From Candidatus Gemmiger excrementipullorum (lineage in GTDB: Bacteria; Bacillota; Clostridia; Oscillospirales; Ruminococcaceae): a DNA stretch of 63,638 nucleotides. Position 1 is the stretch's first letter, and each line of letters opens with the position of its first letter. Of this stretch, positions 52,583-61,069 are shown piece by piece. Made by a program: the position numbers and the translations under genes. The DNA lies in contig DXEI01000023.1 in assembly GCA_019115045.1 (NCBI GenBank), positions 1 through 63,638 of the forward strand, given 5' to 3'. The notes under the pieces are model-generated. The model was given only the letters and a program-made list of their open reading frames with translations. It had not been told where the DNA came from and searched no databases.

Positions 52583-53029
52583 ATGAAAAAGGGGATTGCC
52601 TTTTACCTTAGCGCCGTAGCGGCCGTTTTGGGCGCCATCGGCGTGGCCCTGGCTGCGTACAGCAGCGTGATCAGCACCGATAATGCGCTTGCCAATATGC
52701 CCCTGGTGATCGGCGCCGGCGTTGTCGGCGTGGTGCTGGTGATCGCGGCCATGCTGGCCCCCGCCAGCATGGGCGACCACAACCCCGTTACCGCCATCGG
52801 CGTGCTGGCTGCCATCGCCCTGTTCAGCTACGTGTACGGGCAGTGCCTGCTGCAGCGCATCATGCTCATCGCCGGTCTGTTCTCTTACAACGCCGGCAAC
52901 ACCACTGGCTGGAGCATCTTCTATGTCGTCGTCGGCTGCACGGTCTGCCTGGTGGTCGCGTGCGTGCTGCTGATCATCAGCAGCTTCTGCAACAGCACCA
53001 AGGCCGCCGCGGAAAAACCGGCTGCCTGA
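52583..53029 (+). CDS. Small four-TM membrane protein of unknown function
   Basis: AGGAGG RBS, starts 1 bp after the GH3 stop, four hydrophobic segments. Confidence 0.8.
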   Translation: MKKGIAFYLSAVAAVLGAIGVALAAYSSVISTDNALANMPLVIGAGVVGVVLVIAAMLAPASMGDHNPVTAIGVLAAIALFSYVYGQCLLQRIMLIAGLFSYNAGNTTGWSIFYVVVGCTVCLVVACVLLIISSFCNSTKAAAEKPAA

Positions 53030-53268
53030 CAGCGACCCTCTCCATTCCTGGCGGGTAAGCTGGCCGCGCCCTCGTGACAGGGCAGGCAGCACCCGCGCCC
53101 CAAACGGAACAAGGGACCCCGCCCCCGCCGGGGCGGGGTCCTCTGATATGGGGCACACCGGGGCAAAAGCATGGGCGCATCCGCCTGTGGCGGTATCGCC
53201 TGATGTTCGTCCCGATGTGCCAAAGCTGGTGGAAACCAGCCAATTCTCAAGGAAAAAGGAGAATGCTT

Positions 53269-54885
53269 ATGAGCGAAACCAACGCCGCAGCTTCCGGGCA
53301 TGGCGGCAGCGTCAACCGCGCCAAGCTGTACCAGCTGGTATTGTTCCCGCTGAACAACGGCGCGACCAACGTCTACTATGTCCTGATCCTGTCCTATGTG
53401 GCCACGTTTGGCAACCGCGTGCTCTTGCTGGGCGCCGTGTTTGCCTCTATCATGGTCACTGCGATGCGCGTCTTTGATGCCATCACCGACCCCATCATCG
53501 GCGCTTTGATGGACCGCACCGACGGTAAATTCGGCAAATTCCGCCCGTTCATGGTCATCGGCAACGCCATCATGGCGGTCAGCGTGCTGTTGCTCTACAT
53601 CGCTACGCCGTTCATCCCCGAAAACATGATGGCGATGCGCTACGCGATGTTCGTGCTGTTGTACGCAGTCTGGGTCATCGGTTATACCTTCCAGACCTCT
53701 GTCACCCGCGCCGGCCAGACCGTTTTGACCAACGACCCCAACCAGCGCCCGCTGTTCACTATCTTCAACACGGTGGGCAGCCTGGTGGGCATGGGCGTCA
53801 TGCAGTTCTCGGCCCCCATCATCGCCTCCGGTTTTGAAGGCGGCTATGGCGCCACTGAGTTCTACGCCGTGTTTGCCCCCGTCGGCATCGTTATCTCCAT
53901 CGCCCTGACCGTCCTGGCCATCATCGGCATCTGGGAGAAAGACCAGACCAAGTACTTCGGCCTGGGCGGCGACAGCGGCGGCGAGAAAGTCAAGCTCAGC
54001 GAGTACGTCGCCATCATCAAGGCCAACAACCCCATGCAGCGCCTGATGGTCGCCGGCGCCGGCTGCAAGCTGGCGCTGTCCATCGCCACCAACACCACCG
54101 TTCTCTGCATGCTGTACGGCTGCATGATGGGCAACTATGATACGCTGTATCTGCCCATGATGGTGCTGGGCTATGTGTTCAGCGTCCCGTTCTTCCTGCT
54201 GACGGTGCGCACCAGCCAGAAACTGGGCCAGAAGGCCAGCCTTCTGCGCTACGTCGCCATCGCGTTTATCATGTACATCGGCGTTCTGGTCCTGCTGTTC
54301 CTGTGGAACCCCGATGACCCGAACTTCATGTTCTCGATCTATCAGGGCACGCTGTTCGAGTCGGATTTCGCGATCACCATCAACCCCTACACCATCGCCT
54401 TCATCCTGTTCTTCGGCATCGGCTACGGCGCTTACTACGCCACCGCCGATATGCCCATCCCCATGGTGGCCGACTGCTCCGACTACGAGACCTATCGTTC
54501 GGGCAACTACATCCCCGGCATCATGGGTACGCTGTTCAGCCTGGTCGATAAGCTGGTCTCCAGCCTGTCCGCCACCGTCGTCGGCATCGCTGTCGCCGCC
54601 GTCGGTCTCGAAGGCCTGCCCACCCAGTACGACCCGTATGTGCCCGGCATGAACGGCGTGGTCATCGTGCTGTTCTGCGTCATCCCCATGGTCGCCTGGG
54701 CGGCCACGCTGCTGGCGATGAAGAACTACCCGCTGACCGGCGCCCGCATGAAGGAGATCCAGGCCATCAACGCCTGCCGCCGCGACGCCATCGCCGAGGG
54801 CATGTCCAAAGAGGAAGCCATGGCCAAGTGGACCAAGGTCGAGGACCTGCCTGCCGAGTACCAGCCTGCGGCCAAGGGTAAGTGA
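53269..54885 (+). CDS. Glycoside-pentoside-hexuronide (GPH/MFS_2) cation symporter
   Basis: MRVFDAITDPIIGALMDRT..KFGKFRP, MVADCSDYE. Confidence 0.9.
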   Translation: MSETNAAASGHGGSVNRAKLYQLVLFPLNNGATNVYYVLILSYVATFGNRVLLLGAVFASIMVTAMRVFDAITDPIIGALMDRTDGKFGKFRPFMVIGNAIMAVSVLLLYIATPFIPENMMAMRYAMFVLLYAVWVIGYTFQTSVTRAGQTVLTNDPNQRPLFTIFNTVGSLVGMGVMQFSAPIIASGFEGGYGATEFYAVFAPVGIVISIALTVLAIIGIWEKDQTKYFGLGGDSGGEKVKLSEYVAIIKANNPMQRLMVAGAGCKLALSIATNTTVLCMLYGCMMGNYDTLYLPMMVLGYVFSVPFFLLTVRTSQKLGQKASLLRYVAIAFIMYIGVLVLLFLWNPDDPNFMFSIYQGTLFESDFAITINPYTIAFILFFGIGYGAYYATADMPIPMVADCSDYETYRSGNYIPGIMGTLFSLVDKLVSSLSATVVGIAVAAVGLEGLPTQYDPYVPGMNGVVIVLFCVIPMVAWAATLLAMKNYPLTGARMKEIQAINACRRDAIAEGMSKEEAMAKWTKVEDLPAEYQPAAKGK

Positions 54886-54978
54886 GCGCAGGCGGAACTT
54901 TCCGCCGCAAGGCCCGCGTATCCGCGTGATGCCTGTGCGTTCGCTTGCCTGAAATGCCGGGCATCCCGGGAAATCTAC

Positions 54979-55017
54979 CAAACAGCCCCTGCGGCCTGCG
55001 CCGCGGGGGCTGTTTGC
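54979..55017 (+). terminator. Terminator after the GPH transporter
   Basis: AAACAGCCCCTGCGG / CCGCGGGGGCTGTTT. Confidence 0.65.
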
Positions 55018-55165
55018 TGCCGCAGGGGAGCGACAACGCGAAAAAAGACATGTTTTTGCCGCAAAACGGCCGCATTTCTAAAAATCGTATCTTGCGCAAA
55101 CCGGCATGATTCGCTATACTTAGCTGTGTATTGGGAGTACGTTTTTGGAAAGTGAGGAAATGGAA

Positions 55166-56494
55166 ATGACCCAAACCACCCAAACCAACGCCGAACTGCT
55201 GCGGTTCGAAGGCAAACCCTCCTGGGGGATCGCGTTCCCGCAGGCGCTGCAGCATGTGCTGGCCATGCTCATCGGCAACATCACGCCGCCCATGCTCATC
55301 GCCGGCACCTGCGGCCTCTCGGCCGAAGACCAGATCATGCTGACGCAGGCCGCCATGATTATCGGCGGCATCACTACGCTGCTGCAACTGTTCCCGGTGT
55401 TCGGTTTCGGCATGAAAATGCCCAACGTCATGGGCGTTGCGTTCGCCTACATGCCGATCTTGACCATCATCGGCACGCAGTATGGCATTGCGGCCATCTT
55501 CGGTTCCCAGCTCGTCGCCGGTTTCGTCTCGATCTTCATCGGCATGTTCATCGGCAAGCTGCGGCCGTTCTTCCCGCCCATCGTCAGCGGCACCGTCGTC
55601 ATCAGCATCGGCCTTTCGCTGTACAGCACCGCCATCAACTACATCGGCGGCGGCAGCGCGGCGCAGGCGGACGGCACCTTCGGCTCGCCCAAGTTCTGGG
55701 TGCTGGCCATCCTGACGCTGCTCGTCACGCTGGCCTGCAACTTCTTCGGCAAAGGCCTGCTCAAAGCCTCCGGCATGCTCGTCGGCATCATCGTCGGCTA
55801 CGTGCTGGCGCTGGCCATGGGCGGCGTTGTGGACTTCTCCAGCCTGGGCACGGCGGCGTGGTTCTCGGTGCCGATCCCGTTCCACTTCGGCATGGAATTC
55901 CACGCCGACGCCATCCTGATGATGATCTTGATGTACATGGTGCAGGCCGTGCAGACCATCGGCGACGTTTCTTCCACCGCCATGGGCGGTTTTGGCCGTG
56001 AAGCCACAGACCAGGAGCTGGGCGGCGCCATCAAGGGGCAGGGCATCTGCGGCATGATCGGCGCCTGCATCGGCGGCCTGCCCACCGACCCCTACAGCCA
56101 GAACGTCGGCCTGATCTGCACCACCAAGGTCGTCTCCCGCCGCGTGTTTACGATGGTGGGCGTTATCATGCTGCTGGCGGGCATCTTCCCCAAATTCAGC
56201 GGCCTGATGGCGACCATCCCGCAGCCGGTCTTGGGCGGCGCGACCGTCACGGTGTTTGCGGCCATCACGATGTCCGGCATCCAGCTGCTTAAAGAGCAGC
56301 CGCTCAACTACCGCAACCGCATGATCGTCGGCATCTCGCTGGCGCTGGGCCTGGGCATCGACGCCGCGCCCGAGATCCTGCAGTTCGCTCCGCAGCTGTT
56401 CCAGAACATCTTTGGCAGCTCGCTGGTGGTGTCTTTCCTGGTGGCGTTCCTGCTCAACATCGTCATCCCCAAGGACGACACGCCGGAGGACTGA
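55166..56494 (+). CDS. NCS2 family xanthine/uracil permease
   Basis: ALQHVLAM, signature YSQNVGLI, IPQPVLGG. Confidence 0.92.
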   Translation: MTQTTQTNAELLRFEGKPSWGIAFPQALQHVLAMLIGNITPPMLIAGTCGLSAEDQIMLTQAAMIIGGITTLLQLFPVFGFGMKMPNVMGVAFAYMPILTIIGTQYGIAAIFGSQLVAGFVSIFIGMFIGKLRPFFPPIVSGTVVISIGLSLYSTAINYIGGGSAAQADGTFGSPKFWVLAILTLLVTLACNFFGKGLLKASGMLVGIIVGYVLALAMGGVVDFSSLGTAAWFSVPIPFHFGMEFHADAILMMILMYMVQAVQTIGDVSSTAMGGFGREATDQELGGAIKGQGICGMIGACIGGLPTDPYSQNVGLICTTKVVSRRVFTMVGVIMLLAGIFPKFSGLMATIPQPVLGGATVTVFAAITMSGIQLLKEQPLNYRNRMIVGISLALGLGIDAAPEILQFAPQLFQNIFGSSLVVSFLVAFLLNIVIPKDDTPED

Positions 56495-56524
56495 CCCCCA
56501 AAACACAACGACCCCATAAAACCA

Positions 56525-56563
56525 CAAAAGGGCTTGCCAGTGCTATGCTGGCAAGCTCTTTTG
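56525..56563. terminator. Bidirectional terminator
   Basis: CAAAAGGGCTTGCCAG / CTGGCAAGCTCTTTTG. Confidence 0.75.
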
Positions 56564-56578
56564 CTTTACATGCTTGTT

Positions 56579-58495
56579 TTACGGGGCGATCTGGTCCAGT
56601 TCCGCCATCCACAATGCGTTGCAGGCGTCGCTGGGCATGCGCCAGTCGCCGCGCGGGGAGAGCGTGACCGAACCGACTTTAGGGCCGTCCGGCAGGCAGC
56701 TGCGCTTGAACTGCTGTGCAAAAAAGCGGCGGTAGAAGTTCCGCAGCCAGTGCAGCAGCACATCGGGGGCGTATTTCCCGGCAAAAGCGGCCTGTGCCAG
56801 GCGGTAGATCTTGGCGGGGCCAAAGCCGAAGCGCAGCACATAGTAGAGGTAAAAATCGTGCAGCTCATACGGGCCGACGAGCTGTTCGGTCTGTTGGGCG
56901 ATGCTGCCGTCCGCGGCGGTGGGCAGCAGTTCGGGGCTGACCGGCGTGTCCAGAATATCCAGCAGCACGCGGCGCAGGGGTTCGTCGCCGCAGGTGTCGG
57001 CCACATAGCGCACGATGTGGCGCACCAGCGTCTTGGGCACCCCGGCGTTGACGCCGTACATGCTCATATGGTCGCCGTTGTAGGTAGCCCAGCCCAGCGC
57101 CAGCTCGCTCAAATCGCCGGTGCCAATGACGAACCCGCCGTGTTTGTTGGCGTAGTCCATCAACTCCAGCGTGCGCACACGGGCCTGGCAGTTCTCAAAC
57201 GTCACATCGTAGGTGGCAGGGTCCTGGCCGATGTCGGCAAAATGCCGGGTGACGGTATCGGTGATGTTGATCTCCAAAAACGTGACGCCCAGCGCCTCGC
57301 ACAAGACCTCGGCGTTGGAGCGCGTGCGCCGCGTCGTGCCAAAGCAGGGCATCGTGATGGCGACGATGTCTTTGGCGTTGCGCCCCAGCACCCGGCAGGC
57401 GCGCACAGCCGCCAGCAGGGCCAGGCAGCTGTCCAGCCCGCCCGAGATGCCCACCACCGCGCAGGTAGCGCGGGTGTGTTCCATGCGCTTGGCAAGCCCC
57501 TCGGCCTGGATGCGCAAGATCAGCTCGCAGCGCTCGGCGCGGGCGGCGTCGTTTTGCGGCACAAACGGTGTGGGGGAGACCGCGCGCGTCAGCGGCACTT
57601 CCACCGTTGGCAGCGTAAACGGCACCACCGTGTAGCCGCCCGGCTGCGGCGTGAACGTCGTGTTGCGCAGGCGTTCCTGTACCATGCGGTCCAGGTCCAG
57701 TTCCGTCGCGGCCCAGCCGCTGCCAAAGGGCGCGGCTTCGGCCAGCAGGGCGCCGTTCTCGGCGATCAGGTCGTGCCCGGCAAAGGTCATATCGGTCGTG
57801 CTTTCGCCGTGGCCGGCGTCGGCGTACACATAGCCGCACAGCAGCCGGCCGCTCTGCCCGGCAGCCAGCGCGCGGCGGTAGTCCGCCTTGCCGACGGTCT
57901 CGTCGCTGGCCGAAAGGTTGCACACGACGGTGGCTCCGGCCAGCGCATGGGCGCAGCTGGGCGGCACGGGGGCCCACAGATCCTCGCAGACCTCCACGCC
58001 CAGCACAAACTCCGGCATCGTCTGGCAGGCAAACAGCAATTTTGTGCCGATCTGCGTTTGCTGCCCGGCCAGCGTGAGGGGCTCCGGCGTTTGTATGCCC
58101 GGCACAAAATGGCGTTTTTCGTAAAATTCGCCGTAGTTGGGCAGGTGTGTTTTGGGTACCAGCCCCAGCAGCTTGCCGCCGCAGACGACGGCCGCACAGT
58201 TGTACAGCTTGCCGTTGTGGCGCACCGGCAGGCCCGCCAGCACCACCAGCGGGCAGTCGGCGCTGGCCTGCACGATGCGGCGCAGCGCGTCCTCGGCCCC
58301 GCGGCAGAGCGTTTCCTGCAAAAACAGGTCGCTGCAGGTATAGCCGGTCAGGCACAGCTCCGGCAGGCAGAGCAGCTGTACGCCGCACTCCGCCGCTTTG
58401 CGCATGGCCGCGACGATTTGGGCGGCGTTATAGTCGCAGTCCGCCACCCGCAGGGCCGGGCTGGCAGCTGCACAGCGAAGAAAACCGTATCGCAT
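56579..58495 (-). CDS. nadE: Glutamine-dependent NAD(+) synthetase
   Basis: Nitrilase domain (PELCLTGY, PKTHLPNYGEFYEKR, CEDLW) plus SGGLDS, GTGDLSE, DWRMPSD. Confidence 0.96.
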   Translation of the reverse strand: MRYGFLRCAAASPALRVADCDYNAAQIVAAMRKAAECGVQLLCLPELCLTGYTCSDLFLQETLCRGAEDALRRIVQASADCPLVVLAGLPVRHNGKLYNCAAVVCGGKLLGLVPKTHLPNYGEFYEKRHFVPGIQTPEPLTLAGQQTQIGTKLLFACQTMPEFVLGVEVCEDLWAPVPPSCAHALAGATVVCNLSASDETVGKADYRRALAAGQSGRLLCGYVYADAGHGESTTDMTFAGHDLIAENGALLAEAAPFGSGWAATELDLDRMVQERLRNTTFTPQPGGYTVVPFTLPTVEVPLTRAVSPTPFVPQNDAARAERCELILRIQAEGLAKRMEHTRATCAVVGISGGLDSCLALLAAVRACRVLGRNAKDIVAITMPCFGTTRRTRSNAEVLCEALGVTFLEINITDTVTRHFADIGQDPATYDVTFENCQARVRTLELMDYANKHGGFVIGTGDLSELALGWATYNGDHMSMYGVNAGVPKTLVRHIVRYVADTCGDEPLRRVLLDILDTPVSPELLPTAADGSIAQQTEQLVGPYELHDFYLYYVLRFGFGPAKIYRLAQAAFAGKYAPDVLLHWLRNFYRRFFAQQFKRSCLPDGPKVGSVTLSPRGDWRMPSDACNALWMAELDQIAP

Positions 58496-58606
58496 GGGGA
58501 ACCATCCTTTGTAATGTGCGATGTTGCGCGGGCTGCACGCCCGCAAACGTTACCTGTATCATACCACAGCCGCCGCCCTGCCTGCAAGGCGGCAAAGATT
58601 TCTACC

Positions 58607-58655
58607 TTACAAAATGTAATATATACTTGACAAATTGTAAGGCGTATGCTATGCT
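58607..58655 (+). promoter_or_regulatory. SigA promoter with overlapping palindromic operator(s)
   Basis: TTGACA(58627)-17-TATGCT(58650) with extended TG; TTACA-AAA-TGTAA at 58607 and TGACA-AAT-TGTAA at 58628, 21 bp apart. Confidence 0.7.
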
Positions 58656-58704
58656 GTTGGCACAGCGAAAGGCTGACGACAATACGCGGGGGAGGAACAC
58701 GGCG

Positions 58705-58806
58705 ATGGAAAAATGGAAAGCGATCTGGAACCGTAAAAACAAAGACCAGCAGGTATTCTGGCTTTCGATGGCCGCAGCGGCGGCAGCCACCATCCTGCTG
58801 GTGTGA
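58705..58806 (+). CDS. Putative 33-aa small membrane-associated peptide
   Basis: GGAGG RBS, MEKWKAIWNRKNKDQQVFWLSMAAAAAATILLV, first ORF after the promoter, ends 10 bp before the Xre gene. Confidence 0.55.
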   Translation: MEKWKAIWNRKNKDQQVFWLSMAAAAAATILLV

Positions 58807-58816
58807 GGCGGGCGCT

Positions 58817-59014
58817 ATGGCAAAAAACCTGAAAATGAAGGCCGCCCGGGCTGAAAAAGACATGACCCAGGGCGCGCTGGCGCAGGCGGTGGGGGTATCC
58901 CGCCAGACCATCAACGCCATCGAAAAAGGGGAGTATAACCCCACGATCCAGCTCTGCCGCAGCATCTGCAAGGTGCTGGGCAAAACGCTGGACGAGCTGT
59001 TCTGGGAGGGGTAA
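58817..59014 (+). CDS. Xre/Cro-like helix-turn-helix regulator
   Basis: MTQGALAQAVGVSRQTINAIEKGEYNPTIQL...LDELF. Confidence 0.93.
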   Translation: MAKNLKMKAARAEKDMTQGALAQAVGVSRQTINAIEKGEYNPTIQLCRSICKVLGKTLDELFWEG

Positions 59015-59017
59015 GCG

Positions 59018-59473
59018 ATGAAATTGAACTTTTTCAGCAAAAAGAACCTGCTGGATGAAATGCAGGAGCAGACGATGTGCAAGATCGAAAGCCGCGGCTG
59101 CTATGTGTTTTTCTTTGGCCTCACGGCGGCGCTGGTGATCCAGACCGCCATGGGGGTAGGGCAGGAACAGATCTTGGGGGAGGGCATCGTCCTGGTACTC
59201 GGGGCGCTGTATCTGCTGGTGGAGTATATGCGCCACGGCCTGTGGGATCGACACCTGACGGCCACGGCGGGTACCAACCTCCTGTGCGCTTTGGCCGCGG
59301 CGGTGGTCGTGGGCTTTTTTACCTTTGCGCGCAGCGGGTACTGGCCGGGGGCGCTGTGTGCGGCCGTTTTCAGCGGCCTGCTCTGCTTCGCGGCCCTGCA
59401 GTGGTCCATGATGCTGACGATGAAACGCCGCAAAACACTGGATGAACCCGAGGAGGAAAACGAAGATGCATAA
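59018..59473 (+). CDS. DUF6773-like membrane protein
   Basis: LLDEMQEQ...KIESRG, GLWDRH, four TM segments; typical partner of this Xre type. Confidence 0.7.
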   Translation: MKLNFFSKKNLLDEMQEQTMCKIESRGCYVFFFGLTAALVIQTAMGVGQEQILGEGIVLVLGALYLLVEYMRHGLWDRHLTATAGTNLLCALAAAVVVGFFTFARSGYWPGALCAAVFSGLLCFAALQWSMMLTMKRRKTLDEPEEENEDA

Positions 59474-60491
59474 CACAAAAACCACCCGCCGGGAGCTGAC
59501 GACGTTCCTGGTCGTCGCGTTTGCGGTGCCGTACCTGATGGGCGTTCCGCTGGCGTTTGCTCAGCGCGCCGGGCAGGACACGAGTCTGTTTGCCAACGCG
59601 CAGATGCTATACCCCGCGGCCGGCGTGATGCTGGCGTACCTGCTGGCGCGCCGCCCCGGCCTGCCGATGCGCTTTTACGCGCTGCACATCGTATCGACGG
59701 TCGTTTGCATGGTGTGCAGCATCCTATCGGTCATGATGCCGTCGCAAAGCTGGCTGCTGGCCGTCAATATCGTGGTCATGGCGGCGTCGGTGCTGGGCTG
59801 GGTATTGCTGCTGACCGAAAAGAAAGAAAAGCGCGCCGCCTGTGGCCTGCGCTGGCGCGGCAAGTTCCTGGCGGCGCTGGGGGTCTGCGCGCTGTTCCTG
59901 GCGCTTAAAACCGGGATGATGTTCCTTTCCGCCGCTATGAGCGGGCCCGAATACTGGGCCGAGTATCTGGCCTACTGGCAGACGTTTGTGCCGTGGGTCA
60001 ACCTGCTGGTTTTGCCGCTGAATTTCTTCCTCGCCTTTTTGCCCTTTCTTGGCGAGGAATACGGTTGGCGCTACTACCTGACGCCGGTATTGCAGCAGCG
60101 CTTTGGCAAGCGGCGCGGCGTGCTGCTGCTGGGTGTGCTGTGGGGGCTGTGGCACCTGCCGCTGAACCTCTTCTTCTACAGCCCCGAAACCTCGCTGCAA
60201 AGCCTTGTGGCGCAGCTCGTCGTCTGCATCACGATGGCGGTGTTTTTTACCTTTGGGTATGAAATGTGCGGGCAGAACCTCTGGGTGCCGGTGCTGCTGC
60301 ACTACCTCAACAACAACGGCATCCTGGTCTGGGCCGGCACGGCGGATATCAGCAACCAGGTCTACACCTGGGCGGACGTCGGCGCCAGCGCCGTGCTGTA
60401 CGGCGTGTGCTTCCTGCCGTTTTTGGCGGCCAAGGTGTTCCGCAAGGATGCCGCTGGGGAACCGGAGACGCCGCCTGCTGATGATCTCTGA
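59466..60491 (+). CDS. CPBP/Abi (type II CAAX) intramembrane metalloprotease
   Basis: GEEYGWR, WGLWH, HYLNN motifs all intact. Confidence 0.92.
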   Translation: MHNTKTTRRELTTFLVVAFAVPYLMGVPLAFAQRAGQDTSLFANAQMLYPAAGVMLAYLLARRPGLPMRFYALHIVSTVVCMVCSILSVMMPSQSWLLAVNIVVMAASVLGWVLLLTEKKEKRAACGLRWRGKFLAALGVCALFLALKTGMMFLSAAMSGPEYWAEYLAYWQTFVPWVNLLVLPLNFFLAFLPFLGEEYGWRYYLTPVLQQRFGKRRGVLLLGVLWGLWHLPLNLFFYSPETSLQSLVAQLVVCITMAVFFTFGYEMCGQNLWVPVLLHYLNNNGILVWAGTADISNQVYTWADVGASAVLYGVCFLPFLAAKVFRKDAAGEPETPPADDL

Positions 60492-60505
60492 CCGCATATA
60501 AATTA

Positions 60506-60551
60506 CAACGCCCCCGCAGACCGGGCATTTCCGGCCTGCGGGGGCGTTTTT
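60506..60551. terminator. Terminator between convergent operons
   Basis: AACGCCCCCGCAG / CTGCGGGGGCGTT plus T-tract. Confidence 0.75.
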
Positions 60552-60576
60552 GCGTGGAGCAAGGTGTTTTGCCGGC

Positions 60577-61032
60577 TTACACGGCAAACGCAGCGTGCAG
60601 CGCTTCCAGGGCGGCGTCCTCGTCCTGCTGGCGCACCAGCAGCGAGATGTCCAGGTCGCTTGTCGTGATCAACACGATCTCGACCCCGGCCTGCGCCAGC
60701 GCGCCCAGCGCCCGCGCGGCCACGCCGCAGCTGGTGACCATCTCCTCGCCAAACAGGTTGATCTTGCTGTAACCGCCCGATACCAGCGGCGGGTTGCCCT
60801 TGGCGGCGGCTGGCAGCGCTTTCATCACGGCGGCAAAATTCTCATAGCTCGTCGTAAAGCTGAAATCCACCGCCGTGCCGCGCGGGGCGCTCTGGCAGAT
60901 CATATCCACAACGATGCCGGCTTTGGCAAAAACGTCCAGATGTTCCGCCAAACTCTGCGCGCTGTACTGCGCGCCGGGGAAGGTGGTAAGCAGAATGTTC
61001 TGCTCGCTGCGGATCTTGCTGACACCATACAT
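60577..61032 (-). CDS. Stand-alone tandem ACT domain protein (aspartokinase regulatory/beta-subunit-like)
   Basis: FAKAGIVVDMICQS and SKINLFGEEM...GVAARAL...ITTSDLDISLLV; no kinase domain. Confidence 0.8.
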   Translation of the reverse strand: MYGVSKIRSEQNILLTTFPGAQYSAQSLAEHLDVFAKAGIVVDMICQSAPRGTAVDFSFTTSYENFAAVMKALPAAAKGNPPLVSGGYSKINLFGEEMVTSCGVAARALGALAQAGVEIVLITTSDLDISLLVRQQDEDAALEALHAAFAV

Positions 61033-61069
61033 CAGGCAACACACCCTTTCTTTTTGATCATTTTGGCGG

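Noticed and set aside
44863-55020. Glycoside locus as a mobile genomic island at tRNA-Cys
   Set aside because: No integrase, no duplicated tRNA 3' end at the distal side, and GC content similar to the backbone; horizontal origin cannot be supported from this sequence.
55020-55165. Purine riboswitch upstream of the NCS2 permease
   Set aside because: The promoter (TTGCGC...TATACT) lies too close to the start codon, and no purine aptamer core is visible.
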